This document shows, piece after piece, positions 46,891 through 55,246 of a stretch of 64,000 nt of DNA. How positions within the stretch are numbered: position 1 is the first letter of the stretch; each line of letters begins with the position of its first letter. This DNA is from an uncultured Gammaproteobacteria bacterium (GTDB lineage: Bacteria; Patescibacteriota; Patescibacteriia; Magasanikbacterales; GWA2-37-8), in assembly GCA_964634875.1 (NCBI GenBank), contig CAZWKA010000001.1:101600-165599 (forward strand), read 5' to 3'. The translations under genes and the position numbers were made by a program. Below the pieces are notes generated by a model, which was not told where the DNA came from, searched no databases, and worked only from the letters and a program-made list of their open reading frames with translations.

Positions 46891-47934
46891 GTGCAAGTCA
46901 TGAAGAACTCTCGTTTCCCGAACGTCCTCGTCCTCGCCCTGGGGCTGCTCGCCCTGGGTGCGAACTCGGCCAGCGCCGAGGAGCACTTCACTGGCCCCTA
47001 CCAGGACGTCACGCGCGCCGTCGTGCCCGACAAGCCCGCCGCCCCCAACTACAAGGAGATGGGCGAGAGCCTGTCGTCCTGCACGCCGCTCTACGGCGAC
47101 GCCGAGTGCCGCAAGCGCCTCGGCCTGCCCGCCTCGGCCGCCCCCGTCCCCGCCGCGCCGTCCGCCACCCAGAAGCCCACCGCCCCCGGCACCAAGGTCG
47201 TGAACAACAACCGCGTCGTCGCCGGCGGCAGCAAGTCCGTCGGCTCGGCGGCCCGCGCCACGGGCCTCAGCGAGGCCATCAGCGGCCGCGGGATCTTGGG
47301 CAGGGGCGGCAAGTACTTCGGGTTCGGCATCTACGTGCCCATCACCATGCTCCGCGGCTACGATGGCTTCGACGCCCGCCAGGCGCCGGTGCTCGGCGGC
47401 CTCGGACTCATCCTGCGCGGCGAGATGTTCAGCATGCTCGGCCTGCCCATCGGCTGGCAGATCTACGGCGGCTGGGAGAAGGGGTCAGTGCTGACGGTGC
47501 GCCAGGTCGACCTCGCCAAGGGCGAGATCAACGAGGCCTCCGGCGGCAACAACGCCGACCATCTCACCATCGGTGCTGCCCCGACCATCGGCCTGGGCCC
47601 GTTCAAGGCCTTCCTCGGCTACGCCTACCGCTACCGCCTCTCCAGCGCGACCGGCCCCAGCGATGACAAGCTCGTCGTCGTTCCCTCGGCGTCCGGGCAC
47701 GCCTTCGAGATCGGTGGCCGTGCTGACCTGTTCGGCGGCAGCGTCTCCATCTCCGCCCTGGTCGTGCCGGGCTGGGGGGAGACCTTCTACCCCGACTCCA
47801 AGGATCACCCCGGCGCGCTGAAGCTCAACCTGCCGAGCCTCGGCGACCGCATGTTCCCGGGCAAAGCGGGAGATCTCGTCCAGACGAACGAGAGGCTGAT
47901 CCTCCTCCAGCTCAGGATCGCCTTCTTCGGCTAG
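46891..47934 (+). CDS. very GC-rich secreted Ala/Pro/Gly-rich protein
   Basis: 347 aa. Signal peptide MKNSRFPNVLVLALGLLALGANSASA. PAAPxAT linker, Gly-rich C-terminal domain. GC3 is near-saturated. Upstream CTATCTTGACA + 17 + TAGGGT (46714-46750). Confidence 0.55.
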   Translation: MQVMKNSRFPNVLVLALGLLALGANSASAEEHFTGPYQDVTRAVVPDKPAAPNYKEMGESLSSCTPLYGDAECRKRLGLPASAAPVPAAPSATQKPTAPGTKVVNNNRVVAGGSKSVGSAARATGLSEAISGRGILGRGGKYFGFGIYVPITMLRGYDGFDARQAPVLGGLGLILRGEMFSMLGLPIGWQIYGGWEKGSVLTVRQVDLAKGEINEASGGNNADHLTIGAAPTIGLGPFKAFLGYAYRYRLSSATGPSDDKLVVVPSASGHAFEIGGRADLFGGSVSISALVVPGWGETFYPDSKDHPGALKLNLPSLGDRMFPGKAGDLVQTNERLILLQLRIAFFG

Positions 47935-48070
47935 ACTGCCGCTATCCACACCCATCCCCGCCGCCGGCGCACCACTCGTCTTCCAAGACTTGAGTGGTGC
48001 GCCGCGGCTCTCCAATTAAATTTCTAAGGTTCCTTAGAGGTTTTGAGGAGAGAGAAACTTCTTAAAAAAA

Positions 48071-48101
48071 GCCTGTCACCAATTGGTGGACAGGCTTTTT
48101 T
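48071..48101 (+). terminator. intrinsic terminator
   Basis: GCCTGTCACC AATT GGTGGACAGGC followed by TTTTTTA. Confidence 0.55.
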
Positions 48102-48184
48102 ATAAGCATTGACAACTTGGCTTAAATATGGTACCCCATAAGCTTCCCTGGTCAAAATAACCTTTTTCACCTAAAGGGGTGAAC

Positions 48185-48829
48185 ATGTACTTTGTCAGAC
48201 GTTGTGCTCGTTTTCTCGTGGTCGCTGTGGCTCTGGTTCCGTTGTTTAGTATTGCGGGTTGTAACTTCCTGCGCTGGAACAGCGGAGGGAGCCAAGGGGA
48301 CAAGCCGACCGGGAGCGACACGGTTGGTAGCAGCGGCTGTGAAGGCCGTGAGTTCTGTGATGACACCACCGGCGACACAGAGGCCCAGGCAGCCTGTAAA
48401 GCCTACCGCACGTGTCTTGCAGTAACAGCTGTCGACGATCCGATGGGCTTGGGTGTGACCAAAAGCCCTGGGATTTCTGAGCCTGCTGGTACTGCCGCGG
48501 GTGCCAATTGCAATGCGGTTAAAGAGTGTCCCAAAAGTCCGACAGGCAACCACGTGTTCCGGCCAGACGATCCGCCTGAGTTTACCTATGAGGTAGACGA
48601 TGACGGTAGTTGCACCAGGACCAAGATGTTCCACTGCATCTATTGTGGTACTACCTACTCACATGCCGCGCCTCCTGAGCAGGTCACCTTGTCGGACATG
48701 CTGCGCGACCATGAGGCGGCTCTGCGACAGCAGAGCCCTGCAGCAGGGCATATCGCTTCGGTCATGCAGACTGCTGAGATGGTCGCCCGGCGACTGAAGT
48801 TGCCTGGGGTTTGTTCGCCAAGCCGCTAG
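48185..48829 (+). CDS. GC-rich lipoprotein, paralog pair 1 member a
   Basis: ATG 48185 follows SD AAAGGGG. Lipobox IAGCN. Shares CEGREFCDDT, AACKAYRTCLAVTAVDDP, CNAVKECPKSPTGNHVF and CIYCGTTY with 48957-49703. Confidence 0.6.
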   Translation: MYFVRRCARFLVVAVALVPLFSIAGCNFLRWNSGGSQGDKPTGSDTVGSSGCEGREFCDDTTGDTEAQAACKAYRTCLAVTAVDDPMGLGVTKSPGISEPAGTAAGANCNAVKECPKSPTGNHVFRPDDPPEFTYEVDDDGSCTRTKMFHCIYCGTTYSHAAPPEQVTLSDMLRDHEAALRQQSPAAGHIASVMQTAEMVARRLKLPGVCSPSR

Positions 48830-48956
48830 ACAGCATCCTCATTCTTTTCCATCCAACCTATCGTAGCGGCCAGTAGCGCCGCTCTTCTGTGCCACGCATG
48901 AGCAGTTCGTGCTGGGCAGCGAAGAATAGACATTTTAAAAAATGGAGGGAGCCAAG

Positions 48957-49703
48957 ATGATTCGAAGACACTCGCGTTACTTCGACCGTTGCGCGCCAGG
49001 CGTCCTTGGTTTGGCACTTGTCCTTTTTGGCGGTTGCAACTTTATCGGCAAGCTCGGAGGCGCCTCCGGAGACAAAGGGGGTGCCGAAGCGCCGGCTGCG
49101 AATCTGCGCTGTGAGGGACGGGAGTTCTGCGACGACACCAGCACCGACCCCGAAGCGCGCGACGCCGCGAAAGCCGCGTGTGAAGCGTACCAGAAGTGTC
49201 TTGCTACTGTTGCCGTTGACGATCCACAGAACTTGGGTGCGGCAATGAACCGTGGTGGTTCATTAGGTTCAGGGCCTGCTGATGAGGCTCGGTGTGATGC
49301 GGTTCAAGAATGTCCGCATAGTCCAACTGGTAATCATATCTTCAAGGGTGAAACGCCGCCCAAGTACATGTATACCGTCGACAAAGATGGCGCCTGCTGG
49401 AAGCAGGAAAAGATGGATTGCTCCGTGTGCGGCACGACCTACTGTGGCTATGCGCCGAAAATCAAAATCGGCCACAACGAGCTCCGACGTTCTCGCGCGG
49501 AAGCCTTCCAGAAAAGCAATGATGCCAACGCCGCCTACCAGCGAGCAATGGCGGATGGTGTGACTGGGGACGCCTTATTCGCGTTCCAGTGGACGGCTGA
49601 GGTTGCACGGCAGTACTACACCGTTTTATTCGGCGCTTACGACACCGCCGAGACGTTTGCGATTGATCACGACAAGCCGTTTCCCTGTGCACCCATGGAG
49701 TAG
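48957..49703 (+). CDS. GC-rich lipoprotein, paralog pair 1 member b
   Basis: ATG 48957 follows SD GGAGGGA. Lipobox LFGGCN. CEGREFCDDT, AACEAYQKCLATVAVDDP, CDAVQECPHSPTGNHIF and CSVCGTTYCGY are conserved with 48185-48829. Confidence 0.6.
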   Translation: MIRRHSRYFDRCAPGVLGLALVLFGGCNFIGKLGGASGDKGGAEAPAANLRCEGREFCDDTSTDPEARDAAKAACEAYQKCLATVAVDDPQNLGAAMNRGGSLGSGPADEARCDAVQECPHSPTGNHIFKGETPPKYMYTVDKDGACWKQEKMDCSVCGTTYCGYAPKIKIGHNELRRSRAEAFQKSNDANAAYQRAMADGVTGDALFAFQWTAEVARQYYTVLFGAYDTAETFAIDHDKPFPCAPME

Positions 49704-49866
49704 TTCCTTCATCGATTCGTCCTGCTCAGGTGGTTGTTGAGCGGGTCGTAACCCTGCCGTTCTTACAACGGCTTTCTCATTCATAGTCTAAGTTTTTAGC
49801 TTGGAAGATGAGTCCAGAAAAAGCAGTTCGTTAAGACAATCAAAACCCAACAGCGAGGTGAATGTT

Positions 49867-50499
49867 ATGCCTATTCGTTCTTCAGCTTTGCTCTTCACGA
49901 TGCTGCTGGCAGGCTGTACCTGGTTGACCCAGAAGAATCCACAGCTGGAAGGCCAGTCCAACGGGTTGACCGGCCTGGTGGCTGGCGCCATTGCCGATAC
50001 CTTGATTGAAGGCCTGTCGCCATCGTGTACAGACACCGGAGCTTGCCAGGAAGATCCGAACGGGCAGCTGTGCAAGGAGTATCGCCAGTGTTTGCAGGCA
50101 GAGATTGACGGCTCGAAAACCGGTTTGGCTGCTGGCCCCATGCGCGGCGGCCGTCGCCGGGGCAAAGTTGCAGCGATCACTCCCGAAGGCGAAGCTTGTG
50201 ATACCGACACGTCCTGCCCGCATACCATGTTCAAACCCGGCACGCGAACGGTTAAAGTTTGGGTCGAGCCGCGCATACTTGGTAGTGGCGGAACCTATGG
50301 CCGGTGCTGGCAACAGGTTACGGCTATCTGCGCTGCGTGCGATCAGCCCGTTGGCTCCCCGCCAACTCCGGCTTCGGTTGAAGAAATCAAGAAGCTCAGC
50401 CAGATCATGTTTCCGGGTGACATCTGGAACGAAATTTTTATGGCGATGGTCAACCAAGGGGGTTGTTGGGACGAGCCCTGGGTTCCGGCTTTCCAGTAG
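49867..50499 (+). CDS. GC-rich lipoprotein, paralog pair 2 member a
   Basis: ATG 49867 follows SD GAGGTG. Lipobox LLAGCT. LIEGLSPSCTDTGACQEDPNGQLCKEYRQCLQAEIDG is paralogous to the N-terminus of the next ORF. Confidence 0.6.
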   Translation: MPIRSSALLFTMLLAGCTWLTQKNPQLEGQSNGLTGLVAGAIADTLIEGLSPSCTDTGACQEDPNGQLCKEYRQCLQAEIDGSKTGLAAGPMRGGRRRGKVAAITPEGEACDTDTSCPHTMFKPGTRTVKVWVEPRILGSGGTYGRCWQQVTAICAACDQPVGSPPTPASVEEIKKLSQIMFPGDIWNEIFMAMVNQGGCWDEPWVPAFQ

Positions 50500-50609
50500 C
50501 CCTGCCCCCCCACAAAAGCGGCCGAACAGGGTTCGGCCGCGCCCTTCAGTACTGTTCGCAAGTTTTACTTGCGCCCAGTAGTGAGTGACACCAATCCACG
50601 AGGTGCAAC

Positions 50610-51164
50610 ATGGTCAAAGTAGGAGTATGTTACAAGCCCACACTTGTCTTGATGTTGTTGTTGGGTGGTTGTAAGTGGTTAGTTACTCCAACAAATCCCG
50701 AGCTTGCCAATGCTGGCGGGGGTAGTTTTGGAGGCTTTGTTGGCGGTTTGATTGAAAAAGGTTTGCAGCCAACCTGTCAGCGACCCGAATCTTGCGATAG
50801 CGACCCTGATAGCCAAGAGTGCCGTGACTACCGCCAGTGCGTGGTGGATGAAATCAGGAATGGCGGTGGTTCTGCTGAGTCGTCGGGTAGTGGGGGATCA
50901 GATCCCGCTGCTCCCGGAGCTGCCTGTGGCACCGATGTCACGGACTCCCCGCCAGAAGACGAAGCGGAGGAGAAGGAAAAGGCTCGCTGTCCGGTTTGCG
51001 GAGGTCCGATGAAGCGTAAGTCGCGACCGATGGTCGTAGACTTTGGTGCAAATCCCTACCGCATGTGGCAGTACCAGTGCACGAACCGAGGTGTTTCGCG
51101 CGGCGGGCAGTTCGGTCACGGCGACTTTTCCGGTCGACGCTGGCCGCTCAAGCCCGCCGAGTAG
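50610..51164 (+). CDS. GC-rich lipoprotein, paralog pair 2 member b, with C4 zinc-ribbon-like motif
   Basis: SD GAGGTG. Lipobox LLGGCK. LIEKGLQPTCQRPESCDSDPDSQECRDYRQCVVDEIRNG. CPVCGG ... CTNRG. Followed by a hairpin at 51192-51221. Confidence 0.6.
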   Translation: MVKVGVCYKPTLVLMLLLGGCKWLVTPTNPELANAGGGSFGGFVGGLIEKGLQPTCQRPESCDSDPDSQECRDYRQCVVDEIRNGGGSAESSGSGGSDPAAPGAACGTDVTDSPPEDEAEEKEKARCPVCGGPMKRKSRPMVVDFGANPYRMWQYQCTNRGVSRGGQFGHGDFSGRRWPLKPAE

Positions 51165-51392
51165 CACCATCCCCATCCCTGCCTTGACAAGCCAACGTTG
51201 ATCGCATCTGCGATCCGTTGGCTGCTTATCCTGCACGCTAGTAAGTTGGCGTACGGGATAAAAAGAAAATCACTCGGAAACGAGTGATTTTCTTTTTCTA
51301 AGGCATTAAGGCCTATCTTGACGATAGTCGGTTTTCGTGATACCACGTTCTGTACAATCATTTTTGCCCTTGGGGGCAGGAGAAGAAATCCA

Positions 51393-51908
51393 ATGAAGCG
51401 ACGACTTTTGGGTTCTGTTGTCATGTTTTTAGCTTGTGTGACAGGTTGTGCTGCGTCATCGAGCTATCAGTCAGAGCCTGCTTCAACAGGTGTTGAGCCA
51501 ACTAATCCCCATCCCGCCTATTGGGGCCAGCTCCAGGCAGGGTTGGTTGATACAGGTCCGGTGCTGGTTGATCGAAGCTGTGACGACGCGGACGTAGTTG
51601 GTGCTGCGTCTGCGGCCAGCGACGAGGAGATCCCAGCGTGTGTCCACCCGCTCGCCCAGAATCCATGTCTCGTTGATAGTGAGGAGCAGTCGTATCAGCC
51701 TGACCCGGTTGGGGTTGGTGGTGAGGGCCGTTTCTTCGCCGGCCAGCGCTATGCGCTTGTTTTTGAGGTAAGCAAGGCGGTTGGCTGCCGGGCATCGTTG
51801 CGCTGGCTTTGTGGTACAAGTCGGGTTCTGCGGTGGACCAAGGTGGCGCGAGATCGCCTGCCACCCGAGCTCAATGAGTTGGCTACCCACATCGGCGCCT
51901 GCCAGTAG
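51393..51908 (+). CDS. GC-rich lipoprotein (fifth gene of the array)
   Basis: ATG 51393 follows SD AGGAGA. Lipobox VTGCA. Upstream CTATCTTGACG + 17 + TACCAC (51313-51346). Six further Cys. Confidence 0.55.
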   Translation: MKRRLLGSVVMFLACVTGCAASSSYQSEPASTGVEPTNPHPAYWGQLQAGLVDTGPVLVDRSCDDADVVGAASAASDEEIPACVHPLAQNPCLVDSEEQSYQPDPVGVGGEGRFFAGQRYALVFEVSKAVGCRASLRWLCGTSRVLRWTKVARDRLPPELNELATHIGACQ

Positions 51909-52025
51909 TAAGCTCGCTTCGCAGTGAGCCAACGTCGAGCAAACAGCTCGACGCCTTCCTCTACCTTCTGTTAGGGAATGTAGCGGAAGGCAAAAAAACC
52001 TGACCACAATGGTCAGGTTTTTTAT

Positions 52026-52982
52026 TTAAGGTTGGAGGGTGATGATTGCTACTTCCGGTGGGGTCAAAAAACGGATCGGCCCGCCAGACTCACTTACTCC
52101 GACGGTAGTAAATAATTTCTTACCATCAATCTCAGTCAGTCCGCGGTAATATTCAGGGCCTAGCTTCATGGCGGCATGCCCCAAGGGACCAATTATGGGC
52201 AACCAAATTTGCCCTCCGTGCGTATGCGCCGCCAGTGTTACTACTGGTTGGGTTTCGGTGTCTGGCCATAACAAGACCCCATCGGGATTATGGACAACCA
52301 AAATAAGTGGGGCAGTCTTGTTCCATTTTTTTAATTCATCAAAAGTATTCATCTCGCGGTAGACATCATCCATGCCAAACAAGCAAATTCTTTGCTCATT
52401 AATTTTTGGGCAACCTAGTTGGTCTTTAAGGAGTGTCAGCCCCATATCCTTCATTTTTTTCTCAACAACTGTCGACTGGTCGGCGGCCAGCTGCAGGCCG
52501 TAAGCGGCATACCCGTATTCGTGATTGCCCATGACATAGTATGTTGGGAAATGTTTGGGCAGTTCACGCAAGGGCTCTAGATATTCGGTTTCGTCCAAGC
52601 TGGTCCCGTGGTTGTAGACGTTGTCGCCAGCGATGACGACCATATCAGGTTTTGCCTCGATAATTTTGTTGACTACTTTTTGTGCCCAAGCTGCTTTTTT
52701 ATGTTCGCCGACATGGAGGTCTCCGATAAGGGCGATCCGAATTGATTTTTTGATGTCGGGAGTAGTAATTTTTTCTTCGTGGATAACTAATCGATTAATT
52801 TCAATAAAGCGCGCATCAAACGCCATAAGTATTCCACTGCCCAAGATTCCAATACAGCCCCAGGCAATAATTCGGTGGCGGCCTAAAAATACCGTTTTGC
52901 TTTTTTGGTCACGATAGAAAAAATAAATAAGAATTCCGGCAACGAGTACGTATCCGTAGAGTATGATGAGATACACATTCAT
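52026..52982 (-). CDS. membrane-anchored metallophosphoesterase (calcineurin-like)
   Basis: 318 aa with one N-terminal transmembrane helix. GDLHVG, GDNVYNHG and GNHEYG metal-binding motifs. Confidence 0.8.
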   Translation of the reverse strand: MNVYLIILYGYVLVAGILIYFFYRDQKSKTVFLGRHRIIAWGCIGILGSGILMAFDARFIEINRLVIHEEKITTPDIKKSIRIALIGDLHVGEHKKAAWAQKVVNKIIEAKPDMVVIAGDNVYNHGTSLDETEYLEPLRELPKHFPTYYVMGNHEYGYAAYGLQLAADQSTVVEKKMKDMGLTLLKDQLGCPKINEQRICLFGMDDVYREMNTFDELKKWNKTAPLILVVHNPDGVLLWPDTETQPVVTLAAHTHGGQIWLPIIGPLGHAAMKLGPEYYRGLTEIDGKKLFTTVGVSESGGPIRFLTPPEVAIITLQP

Positions 52983-53112
52983 AGAAAAGTGAAGCTACGC
53001 TCAAAGTATAACATACTTTAATTTTCCAAACGAGATTCCCCCCCCAACCTGTGTTCGTTTTTTCTTAAAAAGTAAAATAAATACAGCTCCCGGTTGGGGA
53101 GCTGTATTTATT

Positions 53113-53215
53113 TTGGTGCCCAGAGTGAGAAGCTCACGCGTCACTTCGTTCCTTCACGGCAACCTGCGGGTTTCCGTGTGCCTTCCACCGCAAGTAGGGA
53201 AATATTTCCCCTACC
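53113..53215 (-). other. degenerate duplicate of the tRNA-Leu 3' end (acceptor/T-arm-like, with CCA) followed by a structured ~90-nt segment
   Basis: On the plus strand, GGTGCCCAGAGTGAGAA (53115-53131) matches AGTGCCCAGAGAGAGAA at the 3' end of tRNA-Leu (53240-53256) at 16 of 17 positions. No cloverleaf can be drawn. Contains hairpins GTGAG-AAG-CTCAC and the perfect palindrome GTAGGGAAATATTTCCCTAC. Confidence 0.3.
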
Positions 53216-53240
53216 ACCCTTTGTTCGATTCTTATTTTAG

Positions 53241-53324
53241 TGCCCAGAGAGAGAATCGAACTCTCATGATGTCGCCATCGCGGGATTTTGAGTCCCGTGC
53301 GTCTACCAGTTCCGCCATCTGGGC
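53241..53324 (-). tRNA. tRNA-Leu (anticodon CAA), type II with long variable arm
   Basis: The reverse complement folds as acceptor GCCCAGA/TCTGGGC, D-arm GCGG-AACTGGTAG-ACGC, anticodon stem CGGGA/TCCCG with loop CTCAAAA, a 14-nt variable arm, T-arm GAGAG-TTCGATT-CTCTC, and discriminator A. Confidence 0.85.
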
Positions 53325-53488
53325 CTGAAAAATGCAAAGCGTAAAGTGAAAAGTGTAAAATACACATGTCGCAAAGCGACTCCTTTATTTTTAACTTTTC
53401 GTTTTTAGTTTTGCGCTTTAATAATAGTCCAATATTGTTTTTCTGTCAACGGTTATGCTATACTATGAATACTTTTATTATCCGTGGT

Positions 53489-54265
53489 ATGTCCGTCGTC
53501 ATTTCTGTCGTTAACCAAAAAGGAGGGGTTGGTAAGACCACAACGGCCGTTAATTTGGCTGCAGGTATTGCCGAAACCGGCAAATTTGTCTTGCTTGTGG
53601 ATCTTGATCCGCAGGGGAATGCGACGAGCGGTCTTGGTCTCAAAAATGAAGGTCTGGTGCGTGGCCTCTACCACGCCATCATGGGTCAAGAACGCCTCCA
53701 TGACGTTATTTCAAACACGGCGCATGCCGGTCTCCGGGTTGTGCCAGCTACGCCTGATCTAGCAGGCGCCAATGTGGAATTGGTTACGGTCGAAGGCCGC
53801 GAAACCAAACTTTCTGACATCCTCAGTGAAATCAAGCATGCGTACGATTACATTATTATCGACTGTCCGCCATCCCTGGGTATCCTTACGCTCAACGGTC
53901 TGGTTGCTGCGGACCATATCCTGATTCCGGTCCAAGCTGAATATTACGCCCTCGAAGGCTTGGGTCAACTCCTCAAAACCATCGAACTTGTTCGCGACAA
54001 TATCAAACCTGAGCTTAGTGTCCTTGGGGCAATTCTTACCATGTTTGACACCCGCAACCGTCTGAGCGAAGAAGTTTTACAAGAGTTGTATAAATATTTC
54101 CCCAACACCATTTTCCGCTCCGTCATTCCGCGCACTGTTCGCCTTGCCGAAGCCCCCAGTTATGGTAAGAGCATTTTCCATTACGAACCGAGTGGAAAAG
54201 CGGCGAAGGCGTATGAACGGTTAACCAGAGAAGTGCTTGAGTATTTTGACAGTAAAAATAGTTAG
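53489..54265 (+). CDS. soj: chromosome partitioning ATPase ParA/Soj
   Basis: Start set at ATG 53489 (MSVVISVVNQKGGVGKTTT, deviant Walker A), giving 258 aa. The track ORF extends 41 codons further upstream. Confidence 0.9.
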   Translation: MSVVISVVNQKGGVGKTTTAVNLAAGIAETGKFVLLVDLDPQGNATSGLGLKNEGLVRGLYHAIMGQERLHDVISNTAHAGLRVVPATPDLAGANVELVTVEGRETKLSDILSEIKHAYDYIIIDCPPSLGILTLNGLVAADHILIPVQAEYYALEGLGQLLKTIELVRDNIKPELSVLGAILTMFDTRNRLSEEVLQELYKYFPNTIFRSVIPRTVRLAEAPSYGKSIFHYEPSGKAAKAYERLTREVLEYFDSKNS

Positions 54266-54276
54266 TTTTTAATGAT

Positions 54277-54326
54277 AAAATCCTAATGTCAAATGTCCAA
54301 TCATTTGGAATTTGACATTAGGATTT
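54277..54326. repeat. solo copy of the cassette inverted-repeat pair (AAAATCCTAATGTCAAATGTCCAA / TTGGAATTTGACATTAGGATTT) with no ORF between the arms
   Basis: The arms are 20 of 24 identical to those bracketing the four-helix-bundle ORF at 40317-40766. Here they are separated by only about 4 nt. Confidence 0.6.
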
Positions 54327-54340
54327 AGAAATTTACGCAT

Positions 54341-55192
54341 ATGTCCCTCGGACGCGGCCTTGGCGCCTTGATTACTCCTACAACAAGCGGACGGAGCAAA
54401 ACTCCAGCAGCTGGCAAAAGCGACGAAAAAGTCTGGCAGATACCGCTGTCAGATATTCACGCGAATCCTAGTCAGCCGCGCCGTACGTTTTCGCCCGAAG
54501 AATTGTCTGAACTCGCCGAATCCATTAAGGAACACGGCGTTTTGCAGCCTATCCTGGTCAGCGAACTGCCAACGGGCGGCTACGAGATTATTGCTGGTGA
54601 GCGGCGTTTTCGTGCTTCCCAAATTGCCGGCCGTTCCACAGTTCCGGTCATTGTCAAAGAACTGGCTGACCGTGAAAAATTAGAAGTCGCCCTCATCGAA
54701 AATATTCAGCGCCAAGATCTCAACCCGATCGAAGAAGCTGTTTCGTTTCAGCGGCTCATTGATGAGTTTGGCTTAACTCAAGAACAGGTCGCCGTTAAAG
54801 TCGGCAAAAGTCGCTCTGCTGTAGCCAACACGGTGCGCCTGCTCGACTTACCTGAGGAAGTGCAGACAGCGCTCGTCAACAAACAGATCACTAGCGGTCA
54901 AGGCCGTGCGCTTCTGGCGCTACCGAGCGCAGCCGACCAGCTGGATACATTGCATTCGATGGTGGGTAAAAAAATCACTGTTCGCGAACTGGAACAAACT
55001 GCTGCCGCCAAGCGACCGGTTCAAGGTGCTCTTCGTCGTGACCCTAACATTGTCTATTTTGAAACCCAAATCCGTTCGTCACTCGGCGCCAAAGCCGCTA
55101 TCAGCGAACGTGGAGGTAAAGGTGTGATCACCATCCAGTTCCATTCACCCGATGAGTTGGCTGATATTGTTAAAAAAATAATCGAAGAATAA
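54341..55192 (+). CDS. parB: chromosome partitioning protein ParB/Spo0J
   Basis: 283 aa. GRGLGALI, ParB box GERRFRA, and an HTH. Confidence 0.9.
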   Translation: MSLGRGLGALITPTTSGRSKTPAAGKSDEKVWQIPLSDIHANPSQPRRTFSPEELSELAESIKEHGVLQPILVSELPTGGYEIIAGERRFRASQIAGRSTVPVIVKELADREKLEVALIENIQRQDLNPIEEAVSFQRLIDEFGLTQEQVAVKVGKSRSAVANTVRLLDLPEEVQTALVNKQITSGQGRALLALPSAADQLDTLHSMVGKKITVRELEQTAAAKRPVQGALRRDPNIVYFETQIRSSLGAKAAISERGGKGVITIQFHSPDELADIVKKIIEE

Positions 55193-55196
55193 AAAG

Positions 55197-55231
55197 TAAA
55201 AAACACAAAGTACAAAATACTTTGTGTTTTT
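55197..55231. terminator. bidirectional intrinsic terminator between convergent parB and rel
   Basis: AAAAAACACAAAGTA CAAAA TACTTTGTGTTTTTT. Confidence 0.65.
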
Positions 55232-55246
55232 TATTGTAAGTTATTT

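Noticed and set aside
53113-53215. Possible second tRNA or a 4.5S/SRP RNA next to tRNA-Leu
   Set aside because: No acceptor-stem partner exists for the ...CTCTGGGCACCA end. The T-stem would have a 3-nt loop. Only weak resemblance to the SRP helix-8 GGAAGCAG motif. Kept instead as a tRNA-fragment duplicate.
53366-53488. 41-codon N-terminal extension of the soj ORF as given in the track
   Set aside because: ParA/Soj proteins begin at the deviant Walker A (MSVVISVVNQKGGVGKTT). The extension is AT-rich, low-complexity and overlaps promoter-like sequence.
55193-55246. A parS site near parB
   Set aside because: No match to the TGTTTCACGTGAAACA consensus was found in or around soj and parB. The palindrome after parB is a plain A/T-flanked terminator.
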